Below, one piece after another: positions 1 through 8,877 of a stretch of DNA of 43,430 bases. The notes under the pieces were generated by a model. It worked only from the letters and a program-made list of their open reading frames with translations. It searched no databases and was not told the DNA's origin. Numbering within the stretch: position 1 is the stretch's first letter; the number at the start of each line of letters is the position of its first letter. Both the position numbers and the translations under genes were made by a program. Source of the DNA: an uncultured delta proteobacterium (GTDB taxonomy: Bacteria > Myxococcota_A > Polyangia > Haliangiales > Haliangiaceae); assembly GCA_963743525.1 (NCBI GenBank), contig CAVUQH010000006.1, positions 1-43,430 on the forward strand. Direction: 5' to 3'.

Positions 1-6
1 GCGGAG

Positions 7-566
7 ATGCTGGCGCGGCTGGTGGAGCGGTTGGCGCCGGCACCGGCTCCGCCTCAGCGCAATCTCGCCGATGCGCTGGGCGAGTATGCGAAGGCGGCGA
101 AGATGATCCGCAACTTGGCACCGGAACCGGAGGCCGAGGAGGCGGCGGCGGATGAGGGTGTGTTGGCGCCGATTGTGGCGCAGTTGGCGCCGTTGCTGAC
201 GCCGTGGTTGATGGGGCAGGCGGGCGCGATGACGGCCAAGCCTGCGGCGGTGCAGCCGCGTAACGCGGCTGCGGTGGAAGCGTCGGAGGATGCGGACGAG
301 GACAGTGAGGAGGAGGGGAGCGAGGAGGTGGATGCGTCAGCGGAGCGCGAGTCGCGAGTGGAACGAATCGCAGAACAGCTCGATGCCGTGCTGGCGGTAA
401 TGACGAAGGCGGAGGGCAGGCGGGTTCTCGAGCTGAGCGAGACAGTTCCGGGCCGCTGCTCGAACAGGCGATGCAACACGTCCTCGCGATGCCTCCCGAG
501 GAGGCGGCGGTCGCGATTCGTCAGTACTTGAAGACGCTGGAGCCGGCTGCGGAGAAGGCTGCCTGA
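7..566 (+). CDS. Hypothetical protein of the element, probably 5'-truncated; frameshift near 450
   Basis: ORF 7..531 reads as helical and acidic up to ELSETVP. The alternative frame continues PLLEQAMQHVLAMPPEEAAVAIRQYLKTLEPAAEKAA to TGA at 564-566. Confidence 0.55.
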
Positions 567-572
567 GGTGGC

Positions 573-1058
573 GTGATGAATCGGATGAAACAGAAGGACC
601 TGGTGCAGCTCCTGGTTGGGTTGCTTGGCGGTGTGGCTGGTGCCCTCGCGACGCGTGCGTTGGTGCGCCGCGGGATCGAGCCGACGGCGGCTGCGGTTGG
701 TGTGGGCTTGGTCAGCGCGTTGGCCGCGGCAGCTACGACGGGTACGGCTCGTGCGGCGGCGACGGGCGCGGTGGGGGCGGCTGCGGGGCAGCTGTCGGCG
801 CACTGGTTCGCGGCGCTGCATCGGCGGTTGGCTCGGAACGATGAGAGCGGGACGTCGGGTGCGCCTGCTGCGGTGCCGCCGGCTGGCGCGAATCCGGCGA
901 CCAGCCCTGGCGCGGAGGTCTCGTCGGTGGAGCGCGGCGTTGCGCGGTTGCGGCGGCGGCGTTCGAAGCCAACGAAGCGTCACGGTGCGGTGGTGTCGCG
1001 GACGGAGGCGCCGCCAGTGAGTGAGGAACCGAGCGACGGCATCCGGCTGGCGAGTTGA
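573..1058 (+). CDS. Small membrane protein with Gly/Ala-rich hydrophobic helices and a basic tail
   Basis: Hydrophobic segments LLVGLLGGVAGALAT and AAAVGVGLVSALAAAA; GAGGTG precedes the start. Confidence 0.6.
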   Translation: MMNRMKQKDLVQLLVGLLGGVAGALATRALVRRGIEPTAAAVGVGLVSALAAAATTGTARAAATGAVGAAAGQLSAHWFAALHRRLARNDESGTSGAPAAVPPAGANPATSPGAEVSSVERGVARLRRRRSKPTKRHGAVVSRTEAPPVSEEPSDGIRLAS

Positions 1059-1069
1059 GAGGAGGCGCG

Positions 1070-1404
1070 ATGACGACACGCAATCAGTTGGCGCTGGTGC
1101 CATCGGTTGATGCCGATCGGGCGGGCGCGGACGCGCTGCGGCGGAGGGATTGAGCGCGCGGGTCCGGCAAATCGTGGCAGAGGAGATTGACCGCGCCACC
1201 GCTCGCGTGCCCGAGCGCGAGGGCATGACGGCCGACGAGGTCGCGCGATTCCTCGGTCTCGACCGCAAGACGGTCTACGACTACGCGAATCGCGGGGTGA
1301 TTCCGCACCGGAAACTGGGGCGGCGGTTGCTCTTCAGTCGCTCGGCGCTCGTGGTATGGCTGGGTTCATGCGAGACGGCGTCATCCCGGCGCCGGAAGCG
1401 GTGA
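1070..1404 (+). CDS. Excisionase-like helix-turn-helix DNA-binding protein (HTH_17/Xis type); probable frameshift near 1138
   Basis: MTADEVARFLGLDRKTVYDYANRGVIPHRKLGRRLLFSRSALVVWL is a typical Xis HTH. A strong SD (AGGAGG, 1060-1065) precedes ATG 1070, which is out of frame with ORF 1150..1404 by one base. Confidence 0.8.
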
Positions 1405-1439
1405 GGTGCGCCAGTGCGACGTTCGAACGGCGGCAGCTG
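1276..1439 (+). repeat. Direct repeat copy 1 (xis 3' part plus decayed integrase start)
   Basis: Aligns with 2094-2256; 84 of 93 nt identical over 1312-1404 versus 2130-2222. Confidence 0.9.
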
Positions 1440-1444
1440 CTCGG

Positions 1445-1990
1445 CTAGTTTGAGTCCAGCCGGCGGGGTTCGCGTGCTCTCTGAAAGTTCCGGAACACGA
1501 CGACAACGCCCATGTCCAGACCACCGATTACGCCATCGCCGGTCGCGCTGGATCGAAGACCAGCAGAGAGCTCGATGCTCCATCGTTCGGAGGGGCGCAC
1601 GGAGAGATCGAGCTCCGGTTCGAAGACAGGAAAGTTGTCTACCCCGCTCGCCATGCCAGCAGTCCAGCGGTCGTGACCCCATCCAAGCTTCAAGCTGGCA
1701 CCAGCGCAGAGATGGTGGCCACACACGACGTAGCCTCGCACGCCAACCAACGCCTCGGTCGCCCAGCCCGAGTCACCTTCGTCGTTCCCATCGATCTTGC
1801 CGACGTTGAAGTTCACGTGCAGATCCATCCGACGCCGATACCAGCCGGCCTCGAAGTGGGCGAGGCGGAGGAAGGTCAGCCCGTCGACGGCGAATTCGGC
1901 ACCCGCACCTGCGCCAGGCTCAGCGTGCGCGCTCGTGCAGAGTGCGGTGTCTAGGGCGAGCACCGTTGCTATCGCCAGCGCCGCGCGCAT
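1445..1990 (-). CDS. Secreted, probable outer-membrane beta-barrel protein (element cargo)
   Basis: Signal peptide MRAALAIATVLALDTALCTSAHA; alternating amphipathic strands (AGASLKLGW, PELDLSVRP, WSIELSAGL, GLDMGVVVVF). Confidence 0.6.
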   Translation of the reverse strand: MRAALAIATVLALDTALCTSAHAEPGAGAGAEFAVDGLTFLRLAHFEAGWYRRRMDLHVNFNVGKIDGNDEGDSGWATEALVGVRGYVVCGHHLCAGASLKLGWGHDRWTAGMASGVDNFPVFEPELDLSVRPSERWSIELSAGLRSSATGDGVIGGLDMGVVVVFRNFQRAREPRRLDSN

Positions 1991-2093
1991 GTGGAAAATG
2001 TTCGCACCGATCTCCACAGCGCTGGGTGGCAATGTTCGTTCAGCGTCTTGTTCAGCAAGCGTCTCGCGTATCGGAGCGGCTGTACGTGGGAAC

Positions 2094-2256
2094 TGCGACT
2101 GCCCGGATCTTGGGGCGATTGCGGACGGAAAACTGGGGAGGCGGCTGCTTTTCAGTCGCTCGGCGCTCGTGGCATGGTTGGGCTCATGCGAGACGGCGTC
2201 ATCCCGGCACCGAAAGAGGTGAGTATGCCGGTACGACGTTCGAAAGGCGGCAGGTG
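2094..2256 (+). repeat. Direct repeat copy 2 (xis remnant plus intact integrase start)
   Basis: Encodes KLGRRLLFSRSALVAWLGSCETASSRHRKR*, followed by ATG at 2225. Confidence 0.9.
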
Positions 2257-3443
2257 GCGCTATCGCCATGTGGTCAAGTTGCCCAATGGCGACTCGGTCC
2301 GCATCAGCGGTAGCGCGCCGCGCCATCACAACACGCGGGCGGGGGCCGAGGAGGAGATGCTGGTGCACATCGATCGCACGAAGCATCCCGAGCGGTACCC
2401 GAAGCCGAGAAGGGAGGTGCCGACGTTCGAGGAGTGGTTCGAGGGCCGCTTCTGGCGCGAGTGGGTCATCGGTCGCAAGAACAAGCCGAGCGAGCAGGCG
2501 TCGAAGAAGCGTCTGTACAAGAACTACGTGAAGCCGTTCTTCGGTCCGATGTATCTCGATGAGATCGGTGTGTCGCAGGTGGCGCAGTTTCGCGCCGACC
2601 TGGTCGAGGGCAAGCAGCGCAAGTGCAAGCATGGCGAGGCGCCCCTCAGCGACAAGTACATCAACAACATCCTGGCGGTGTTGTCGAAGGCGTTGAAGTA
2701 CGCCGAGGATGTGCAGCTGATCAAGCGCGCGCCGAAGGTTGGCATCTTCCGCACGGAGCGGCCGGAGATCGAGTGCTGGGACTTCGACCAGTACGCGCGG
2801 CTTCTCGATGCGGCCAGGGCAGAAGGGCCGGAGTGGTATGCGGCGGTCTGTCTGGCCGGCGATGGTGGGCTTCGTATCGGCGAGGTCAAAGGGCTGCGCT
2901 GGCGCGAGGACGTCGACCTGATCGCCGGGACGATGACGATCAAGCGGCAGATCCAGGAGGGGCGTGAGGGCACGCCCAAGGGGCGCACGCGTCGGGTGGT
3001 GCCGGTTACCGGCACGCTCGACGAGGCGCTGCGCGGCATCGGTCGGATCCGGACGGGCTATGTCGTCTGCAATGCGGACGGCTCGCCGCTGACGGTCGGG
3101 CTGGTGAACTCGACCATTCACCGCATCTGCCGCAAGGCGGGGCTACCGGAGCGGGGCTGGCATTTGCTTGCGCCACTGCTTCGGGACGCATGCGGCGATG
3201 TTCGGGGTGAATCCGTGGAGCCTCATGAACTGGATGGGGCACAAGCGGATCGACGAGACGATGCGGTACGTGCACGTGGCGGGGGCGCATATGCGGCCGC
3301 TGCCGAAGCACATCGTCGAGGCTGGTCATGGCGAAGCGGACCCAGACAATCGGATCGTGAAAATGCTGGGGGGTCGTCTTGGGGTCGTCGTGGCAACAGC
3401 GTGGCAAAAACCGCGACGTCAGAAAAAAAGCCGGCTGATTTAG
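2225..3443 (+). CDS. int: Tyrosine recombinase/phage integrase; +1 frameshift at ~3164 (error or pseudogene)
   Basis: GLRIGEVKGLRW (catalytic R), TPKG (K), H-x-L-R-H restored by deleting one T in CATTTGC, MGH and TMRY (catalytic Y). Confidence 0.92.
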
Positions 3444-3451
3444 CCGGCTTT
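3423..3451 (-). terminator. Intrinsic terminator downstream of tRNA-Ala, possibly bidirectional
   Basis: AAAGCCGGCT-GATTT-AGCCGGCTTT perfect stem, followed by a T-run on the minus strand. Confidence 0.8.
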
Positions 3452-3528
<77 letters not shown>

Positions 3529-3566
3529 ACAGGGTCTCGGCCTTTCTCGGGGTGCCGAGGGGGGAT

Positions 3567-3595
3567 TAGGTAGCAGGCCCAGACAGCGGTGTCAA
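3567..3595 (-). promoter_or_regulatory. Sigma70-type promoter for tRNA-Ala
   Basis: TTGACA-N17-TACCTA about 40 nt upstream of the tRNA; the same hexamer pair recurs at 37496-37524. Confidence 0.6.
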
Positions 3596-3621
3596 CTGGG
3601 TTCGACGGCTCCTGCGCGGGC

Positions 3622-4737
3622 TCATTGCTGCATGATCGCGAGGTTGCAGGTGTAGCTGCCGCCGGGGACGGAGGGGGCGGTGTAGATGTCGAGTTGGCCG
3701 CTGTCGGGGCAGGCGACGTCGCGGGTGCGGGGGCAGGCGTCGCAGTTGTCGTCGTTGAAGGCCAGGGCGGCGGGGAAGGAGCAGTTGGGGTCGGGGTTGG
3801 CGGGGTCGCAGATGCGCAGCATGGGGTTGCCGGTGCAGCTGCCGAGGTTGCTGCAGGCAGAGCAGCCGACGCGGTAGAGCTGGCCCGGGGTGCAGGTCAG
3901 GGTCTGCTGTTTGGTCCAGCCGCACTCGCGGTGGGGGCCGGTGAGGGCGTGGTCGCCGAGCGCCGTGTCGCAGGCTTCGGTCGGGGTGGTCAGGTCGGGG
4001 TCGCCCAGGGTGACGGGCACCTCGACGGTGTCGTTGCTGTACGACAGCTCGTCCAGGGTCTGGTCGTGGTTGAGCTCGATGCGCAGGGTGTAGCTGCCGG
4101 GCGGGGTGTCGGTGACGTTGACGAACTGGCACGGCAGTCGGGTGTCGTAGACGTCGGACCAGCCGCGTTGGATGCCCTGGAAGCCGCACCAGTATTTCGG
4201 GCCGGTCGCCACGCTGGGGTCGTCGCTCACCTTGGACGAGTCCATCAGGCAGAAGGCTTGTTTGTGGCCGCTGGCCACGGTGGCGCCGCTGGCGTTGACG
4301 AGCTGGAAGTCGGCAAAGCCTTTGTAGTGGTAGTGGTCGTGGCAGGCCGAGTATTCGAAGGCCGGGTTGCCAGCGGGGTCGCCCAGCTCGAGGTTGGCGT
4401 TGCCGATGTTGGGGGTCTCGACGGCGAAGCGGAGCAGGGTGCGGTCGCCGGCGGCGGCGATGCAGCCTTCCTCGGGCAGCAGCTCACAGGCGTCGGCGGC
4501 GAAGGTGCGGTGTTCGATGGTCAGGTCGGCGCGCAGTCGATCGCGATCGACGACCAGGTCGGGGAGCGGCCGGGTGTCGGCGTCGGGCGGGGCGGCGTCG
4601 GGTGGCGCCGCGTCGGCGATCAGCGGCGCGTCGATCGGCGTCGCGCCGGCGTTGACGGCGGTGTTGTCGCCGCAGGCCAGTGCGCTGGCGGCCAGCGCCG
4701 CGGCGCCGAGGAACATCCGCACGCGGCCAGGATACAT
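3622..4737 (-). CDS. Lysyl oxidase family lipoprotein with Cys-rich C-terminus
   Basis: Lipobox ALAC; FEYSACHDHYHY (Cu site); GHKQAFCLMDS; QGIQRGWSDVY; CQFVNVTDTPPGSYTL; ELSYSND. Confidence 0.88.
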   Translation of the reverse strand: MYPGRVRMFLGAAALAASALACGDNTAVNAGATPIDAPLIADAAPPDAAPPDADTRPLPDLVVDRDRLRADLTIEHRTFAADACELLPEEGCIAAAGDRTLLRFAVETPNIGNANLELGDPAGNPAFEYSACHDHYHYKGFADFQLVNASGATVASGHKQAFCLMDSSKVSDDPSVATGPKYWCGFQGIQRGWSDVYDTRLPCQFVNVTDTPPGSYTLRIELNHDQTLDELSYSNDTVEVPVTLGDPDLTTPTEACDTALGDHALTGPHRECGWTKQQTLTCTPGQLYRVGCSACSNLGSCTGNPMLRICDPANPDPNCSFPAALAFNDDNCDACPRTRDVACPDSGQLDIYTAPSVPGGSYTCNLAIMQQ

Positions 4738-4753
4738 GGCGCCGCCGATCGGC

Positions 4754-5440
4754 TCAGGAGTTTTCGCCGTCGCCCGTGATGTCGGGCACGTCGTCGGGAT
4801 GCATGTACTCTTCGAGATCCTCGTCCTCGCCCGGTCCGTCGTCGACGAACTGGATGCCGCCGGCGCCACGGGCGGCGCGGCGCGGGCGTCGGCTGGTCGG
4901 GCGCGGGCGTCGCGGCTCGGGGGCGGGCGCCGCGGCAGCCTCGGGCTGGTCGTCGAACAGATCCTCGTCGTCGTCGGGGAGCACCGGGCGCCAGACGCGC
5001 ATCTCGCCGGGGTCGTCGTCCAGGTCGCCGGCATCGCGGCGCGCCATGCGGCCGGCGGCGGCGGGGAAGCCGGCGCGCGCGGCAAATCCCGACGCGACGT
5101 CCCGGGCGCGGGAGGCGGTCTCGCGCGCCCGCTCGGACGCTTGCTCGAGGCGGACCTCCAGCTCCTCGATCCGCCGGACCACCCGGGCGATCTCGGGTAT
5201 CTCTTCCAGCTCGCCGAGCTCGCCACCGAGAATTTGCTCGTAGACCAGCGATCCCAGCGCTGCCAGCGCCTCGCGGTGCTTGCGCTGCAGCAGGGCGCCG
5301 TCGATCCACACCCGCTGCTCGGCGGCCTGGCGCAGCACGCCGTCCTTGACCATGCCGACCTGCTCCAGCGTCGAGCGCAGGAGCGTGCCCAGCGTGCCGC
5401 GCAGAGCTGCGGGGCCGCCGCCGCGTCGTCCTCGTGCCAT
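4754..5440 (-). CDS. Hypothetical protein, coiled-coil N-terminus and acidic disordered C-terminus
   Basis: Host-like codon usage; helical region ALAALGSLVYEQI...IEELEVRLEQ. Confidence 0.65.
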   Translation of the reverse strand: MARGRRGGGPAALRGTLGTLLRSTLEQVGMVKDGVLRQAAEQRVWIDGALLQRKHREALAALGSLVYEQILGGELGELEEIPEIARVVRRIEELEVRLEQASERARETASRARDVASGFAARAGFPAAAGRMARRDAGDLDDDPGEMRVWRPVLPDDDEDLFDDQPEAAAAPAPEPRRPRPTSRRPRRAARGAGGIQFVDDGPGEDEDLEEYMHPDDVPDITGDGENS

Positions 5441-5541
5441 CGGGCGATTATGCGCGGCGGGCCCGGTGGCGCCAAGGCCGCCTCCGAGATACCCTCGGTC
5501 GAGGGATGAGGCGCGTGGACGTGACACGCAGGGCCGCTGCG

Positions 5542-7560
5542 ATGTCGGGGGCTTGGCGAGCAACACGGCGGGCGCCGTGGCTCGGCGCGGCGCTCGTGCT
5601 GGTGCTCGCCGGCTGCCCTCAGGGCGACCAGCATCCGCACAAGCCGCGCACGGTCAGGGTTCGCGTGCGTTCGTTCACCGAGGCGTCGCCGGTCCGGCTG
5701 GTCACGGTGGCCAAGCCGTACGCGTTCACCGCGTCGGGGCAGGGGCTGGACCGCTGGGACATGCGCAGCGGCAGCGGGCTGCACCTGGATGCCTCACACG
5801 GTCTGCCCGGCGACCGGGTCATCGCGGTCGCCCGCGACCCGTCGCGCAACGACCTCTGGATCGCCACCGACGGCGGCATCACCCGCTACGACACCGACTC
5901 GGAGACCTTCTCCGCGCTGCCGCCGGCGCCACAGGTGCTGGGCCTGCCCGACCTGTCGGGCGTCAGTCTGGCCCCGGCCGGCGACGGCGGGGTCTGGATC
6001 GGTCACCCGAAGGGACTCTTCTACACCAACCCCGCCGGCAAGTGGTCGCCGACGCCGGTGACCACACCGATCACGGCGTTGCTGCGCACGCGCGACGGCC
6101 GGCTGTGGATCGGCACCAGCCACGGCCTGATGGTTCGCGAGGTCGACGGCAGCACCCACGAGCTGGGGATCGAGGCGGGCTGCGATCTGGCGCAGGTGCG
6201 CTTCATCGTCGCTGCCCCCGACGGCAGCGCCATGGTGGTCGGCGACAACCTGGCCAAGAAGCAGCACATCGTGCTGACCAGGGACGCGACTTGCGCCACC
6301 TTTCGCGCCTCGCCGGATCGCCGCTGGGTCAGCGTCGCCACCAAGCGCGGCGAGAGCTACATCCTCACGCCGCGGCAGCTGTTCGTCATGCGCGTCGCCG
6401 ATGCGCGGGCCCGCCGGCTGACCCGCGACGGTATGCGTCTGGCGCCGGTCCCGGTCGGCAACAGCGGTCGCCACGACAGCCCGTACATCATCGAGCCGGT
6501 CAACGTCCGCGTGCCCGGTGGCGCCACCGCGCTGGGCGCGGTTGCCGACGACATCTTGATCGGCACCCGCGACCTGGGCACCGCGCTGATGGGCCGCACT
6601 CGCCACTCGCGGTGGCTGCGCCGCAGCGAGCTGGTTGACGGCGCGCGCAACCTGTCGGTCGCGTGCAAGACGCGCAACAACTGCTACCTGGCGACCGGAT
6701 CGACCGCGGCGTGGCGTTTCGACGGCAAGCGGTTCGAGCCGCTTGCTGCCGGGCTGCAAGCCGCGGCCGAGGATGCCCAGGCCGGCCGCGTATTGTCGTT
6801 CGTGCGCGCGCCCAGCGGCGAGATCTACGGTCTGCGCGAGAGCGAGGATCTGCGCCACGTGCTGGTCACGCCGATTCGCGACGACGTCTGGGTGCGCGTC
6901 TCCGAGATCGCCATCGACACGCCGGGGGGGCGCCCCGGAGTGTCGTTCGCGCGCTTCTCGCCGACCGGAGTGCTGTGGGTCGGTCTGCACTACCAGGACG
7001 ACAGCGGCGAGGAGCGGCCCTACGGCGTCGCGCTGGTCAACGTGTCGCTGGGCGCCGTCGTCTATCACCACGAGACCCGCGACCGCCACGAGATCCGCGA
7101 GGGCGTGCTGCCGATTCCGATCAACGTGGCAGACGCCGCCTTCCTCGAGCAAGAGGAGGTGTGGCTGGCCACCAGCGAAGGCGCTGCGCGGGTCAAGGGC
7201 AGCGAGGTTCGCACCTATACCGAGGGCGACGGCCTGGCCAGCGAGCTGTTGCGCGGCGTCGCCTGCTCGGCCGGCGGCATGGTCTACGTCGCCTCGGGCC
7301 AGGGCATCAGCCAGTTCGACGGCGAGCACTGGACGCAGCCGCCGATGCTGCGCTTCCCGGTCAACGACATCGAGATCGGCCGCGACGGACGGCTGTGGAT
7401 GGCCACCGATCGCGGCCTGGCGGTCTACGACGGCGCTCGCGTGCGCCGCCTCGACGTCCGCCGCGGCTTGTTGCAGAACCAGGTCAACGACGTCGCTCTC
7501 GATCACTTTGGTCGCGTCTGGGTGCGCGGCTCCCAGGGAATCACGGTCGTCACGCCGTAG
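5542..7560 (+). CDS. Beta-propeller lipoprotein (two-component-regulator propeller repeats)
   Basis: Lipobox LAGC; repeats LWIATDGGI, LWIGTSHGL, LWMATDRGL, GLPGDRV, GLLQNQV. Start position uncertain. Confidence 0.75.
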   Translation: MSGAWRATRRAPWLGAALVLVLAGCPQGDQHPHKPRTVRVRVRSFTEASPVRLVTVAKPYAFTASGQGLDRWDMRSGSGLHLDASHGLPGDRVIAVARDPSRNDLWIATDGGITRYDTDSETFSALPPAPQVLGLPDLSGVSLAPAGDGGVWIGHPKGLFYTNPAGKWSPTPVTTPITALLRTRDGRLWIGTSHGLMVREVDGSTHELGIEAGCDLAQVRFIVAAPDGSAMVVGDNLAKKQHIVLTRDATCATFRASPDRRWVSVATKRGESYILTPRQLFVMRVADARARRLTRDGMRLAPVPVGNSGRHDSPYIIEPVNVRVPGGATALGAVADDILIGTRDLGTALMGRTRHSRWLRRSELVDGARNLSVACKTRNNCYLATGSTAAWRFDGKRFEPLAAGLQAAAEDAQAGRVLSFVRAPSGEIYGLRESEDLRHVLVTPIRDDVWVRVSEIAIDTPGGRPGVSFARFSPTGVLWVGLHYQDDSGEERPYGVALVNVSLGAVVYHHETRDRHEIREGVLPIPINVADAAFLEQEEVWLATSEGAARVKGSEVRTYTEGDGLASELLRGVACSAGGMVYVASGQGISQFDGEHWTQPPMLRFPVNDIEIGRDGRLWMATDRGLAVYDGARVRRLDVRRGLLQNQVNDVALDHFGRVWVRGSQGITVVTP

Positions 7561-7632
7561 CGGCGCTCGCATAGCCGGGGCTCGCATACTCTGGCGATTT
7601 CGCCGCGCCGCCGCGATCGCTAGCGTGGGGCC

Positions 7633-8871
7633 ATGGGTACGCCAATCGTCGCTCGTCGCCGCCGCCTCATTCAGTCCGCGCTGCTCGGCGCCCTGGCCCT
7701 GGGCTGGTTGGCCGGACCCGCGCGCGCCGTGCCGGTGACCACCGGCTTCACCGCGCGTATCCAGGACGCCAGCGGTCCGATCGACGGGCCGGTCAACTTG
7801 AGCTTCGCCATCTACGACCGCGCCACCGGCGGCACGTTGATCTGGCAGGAGACCCACACCGGCGTCACCGCCGATCAGGGGCTGGTCTTCGTCTCCCTGG
7901 GCAGCGTATCACCGTCCACCAACGGGCTCGACGAGTCGGTCTTCACCGGCGACGCCATGTTCCTCGAGGTCTCCGTCAACGGCGACGTGCAGAGCCCGCG
8001 GGTGCCGATCCTCTCGGTGCCGTACGCGGTGCACGCGGCCACGGCCGATCGCCTGGGCACGCTGGCGCCCGGCGACGTGGCGCTGGCAAACCACAATCAC
8101 GACTCGCGCTACGCGCTGATCAATCACAACCATGACGGCGTCTACGCCCCGGTCAATCACAACCACGACACGCGCTACGCCGCGCTCAACCACGACCACG
8201 ACAGCCGCTACTTCACGCAGACCGCGCTCAGCACCGCCGGCACCCTCAACGACACCGCCAACCCGGTCGACTGGACGAAGCTCAAGGGCGTGCCTGCCGG
8301 CCTCGCCGACGGGGTGGACAACGACTCCGGCGGCGACATCACCGCCGTCGTGGCCGGCTCCGGCTTGACCGGTGGCGCGACGTCCGGCTCGGCCACGCTG
8401 GGCATCGCCCCCGGCGGTGTCACGTCGGCCCATCTGGCGCCGGGGTCGGTCACTGCCGCCGCCATCGGCAAGAACCAGGTGGGGATGGAGCACATCGCCA
8501 CGCCGAACGGCTACGACAACGTCAACTTCACCCTGGTGTCGGGCTCGCAGTACGTCTACTCCGCGACCTACACCATCGCCCCGACCGCCAACGGCAGGTG
8601 TCTGGTTTGGACCTCGGTCCACAGCAACGAATACGCCACCACCGGCTACCTCTTCCACCAGACGGCGATGAAGCACAACACCACCGATACCACCGCCGGG
8701 GCGTTCCACTTCGCTGCGCCGTCGTTCGGCCAGCCCGGTTTCAACGTCTACAGCTTCGGCGCCTACAGCGTCTCGGCCGGCGACTCCTACGTCGTCGGCT
8801 GCCGCATCGGCGCCGGTGGCGACTTCGTCGGCGACACCGGCACGTGCTACATGCAGTGGCTCTGCCTGTGA
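7633..8871 (+). CDS. Secreted tail-fibre-like/adhesin protein with HxH repeats
   Basis: Signal peptide ending ARA; N-domain FAIYDRATGGTLIWQET...PRVPILSVPYA; GDITAVVAGSGLTGG; VTSAHLAPGSVT stalk motifs. Confidence 0.7.
   Translation: MGTPIVARRRRLIQSALLGALALGWLAGPARAVPVTTGFTARIQDASGPIDGPVNLSFAIYDRATGGTLIWQETHTGVTADQGLVFVSLGSVSPSTNGLDESVFTGDAMFLEVSVNGDVQSPRVPILSVPYAVHAATADRLGTLAPGDVALANHNHDSRYALINHNHDGVYAPVNHNHDTRYAALNHDHDSRYFTQTALSTAGTLNDTANPVDWTKLKGVPAGLADGVDNDSGGDITAVVAGSGLTGGATSGSATLGIAPGGVTSAHLAPGSVTAAAIGKNQVGMEHIATPNGYDNVNFTLVSGSQYVYSATYTIAPTANGRCLVWTSVHSNEYATTGYLFHQTAMKHNTTDTTAGAFHFAAPSFGQPGFNVYSFGAYSVSAGDSYVVGCRIGAGGDFVGDTGTCYMQWLCL
8089..8220 (+). repeat. Four tandem 33-bp coding repeats (NH[N/D]HDxxYxxx)
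   Basis: NHNHDSRYALI / NHNHDGVYAPV / NHNHDTRYAAL / NHDHDSRYFTQ. Confidence 0.9.
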
Positions 8872-8877
8872 GCGCGG

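Noticed and set aside
1991..2224. N-terminal extension of the integrase ORF from 1991
   Set aside because: Overlaps the xis remnant; ATG 2225 has a GAGGTG SD and follows the xis stop.
3160..3170. Programmed frameshift controlling the integrase
   Set aside because: No slippery heptamer, and similar single-base breaks occur in housekeeping genes.
4575..4640. DAAPP/DAGPP repeats (also near 20180-20400)
   Set aside because: Ordinary low-complexity Pro/Ala linkers of secreted proteins.
8089..8220. 33-bp periodic repeats as a possible CRISPR array
   Set aside because: In-frame coding repeats with synonymous variation, no unique spacers and no cas genes.
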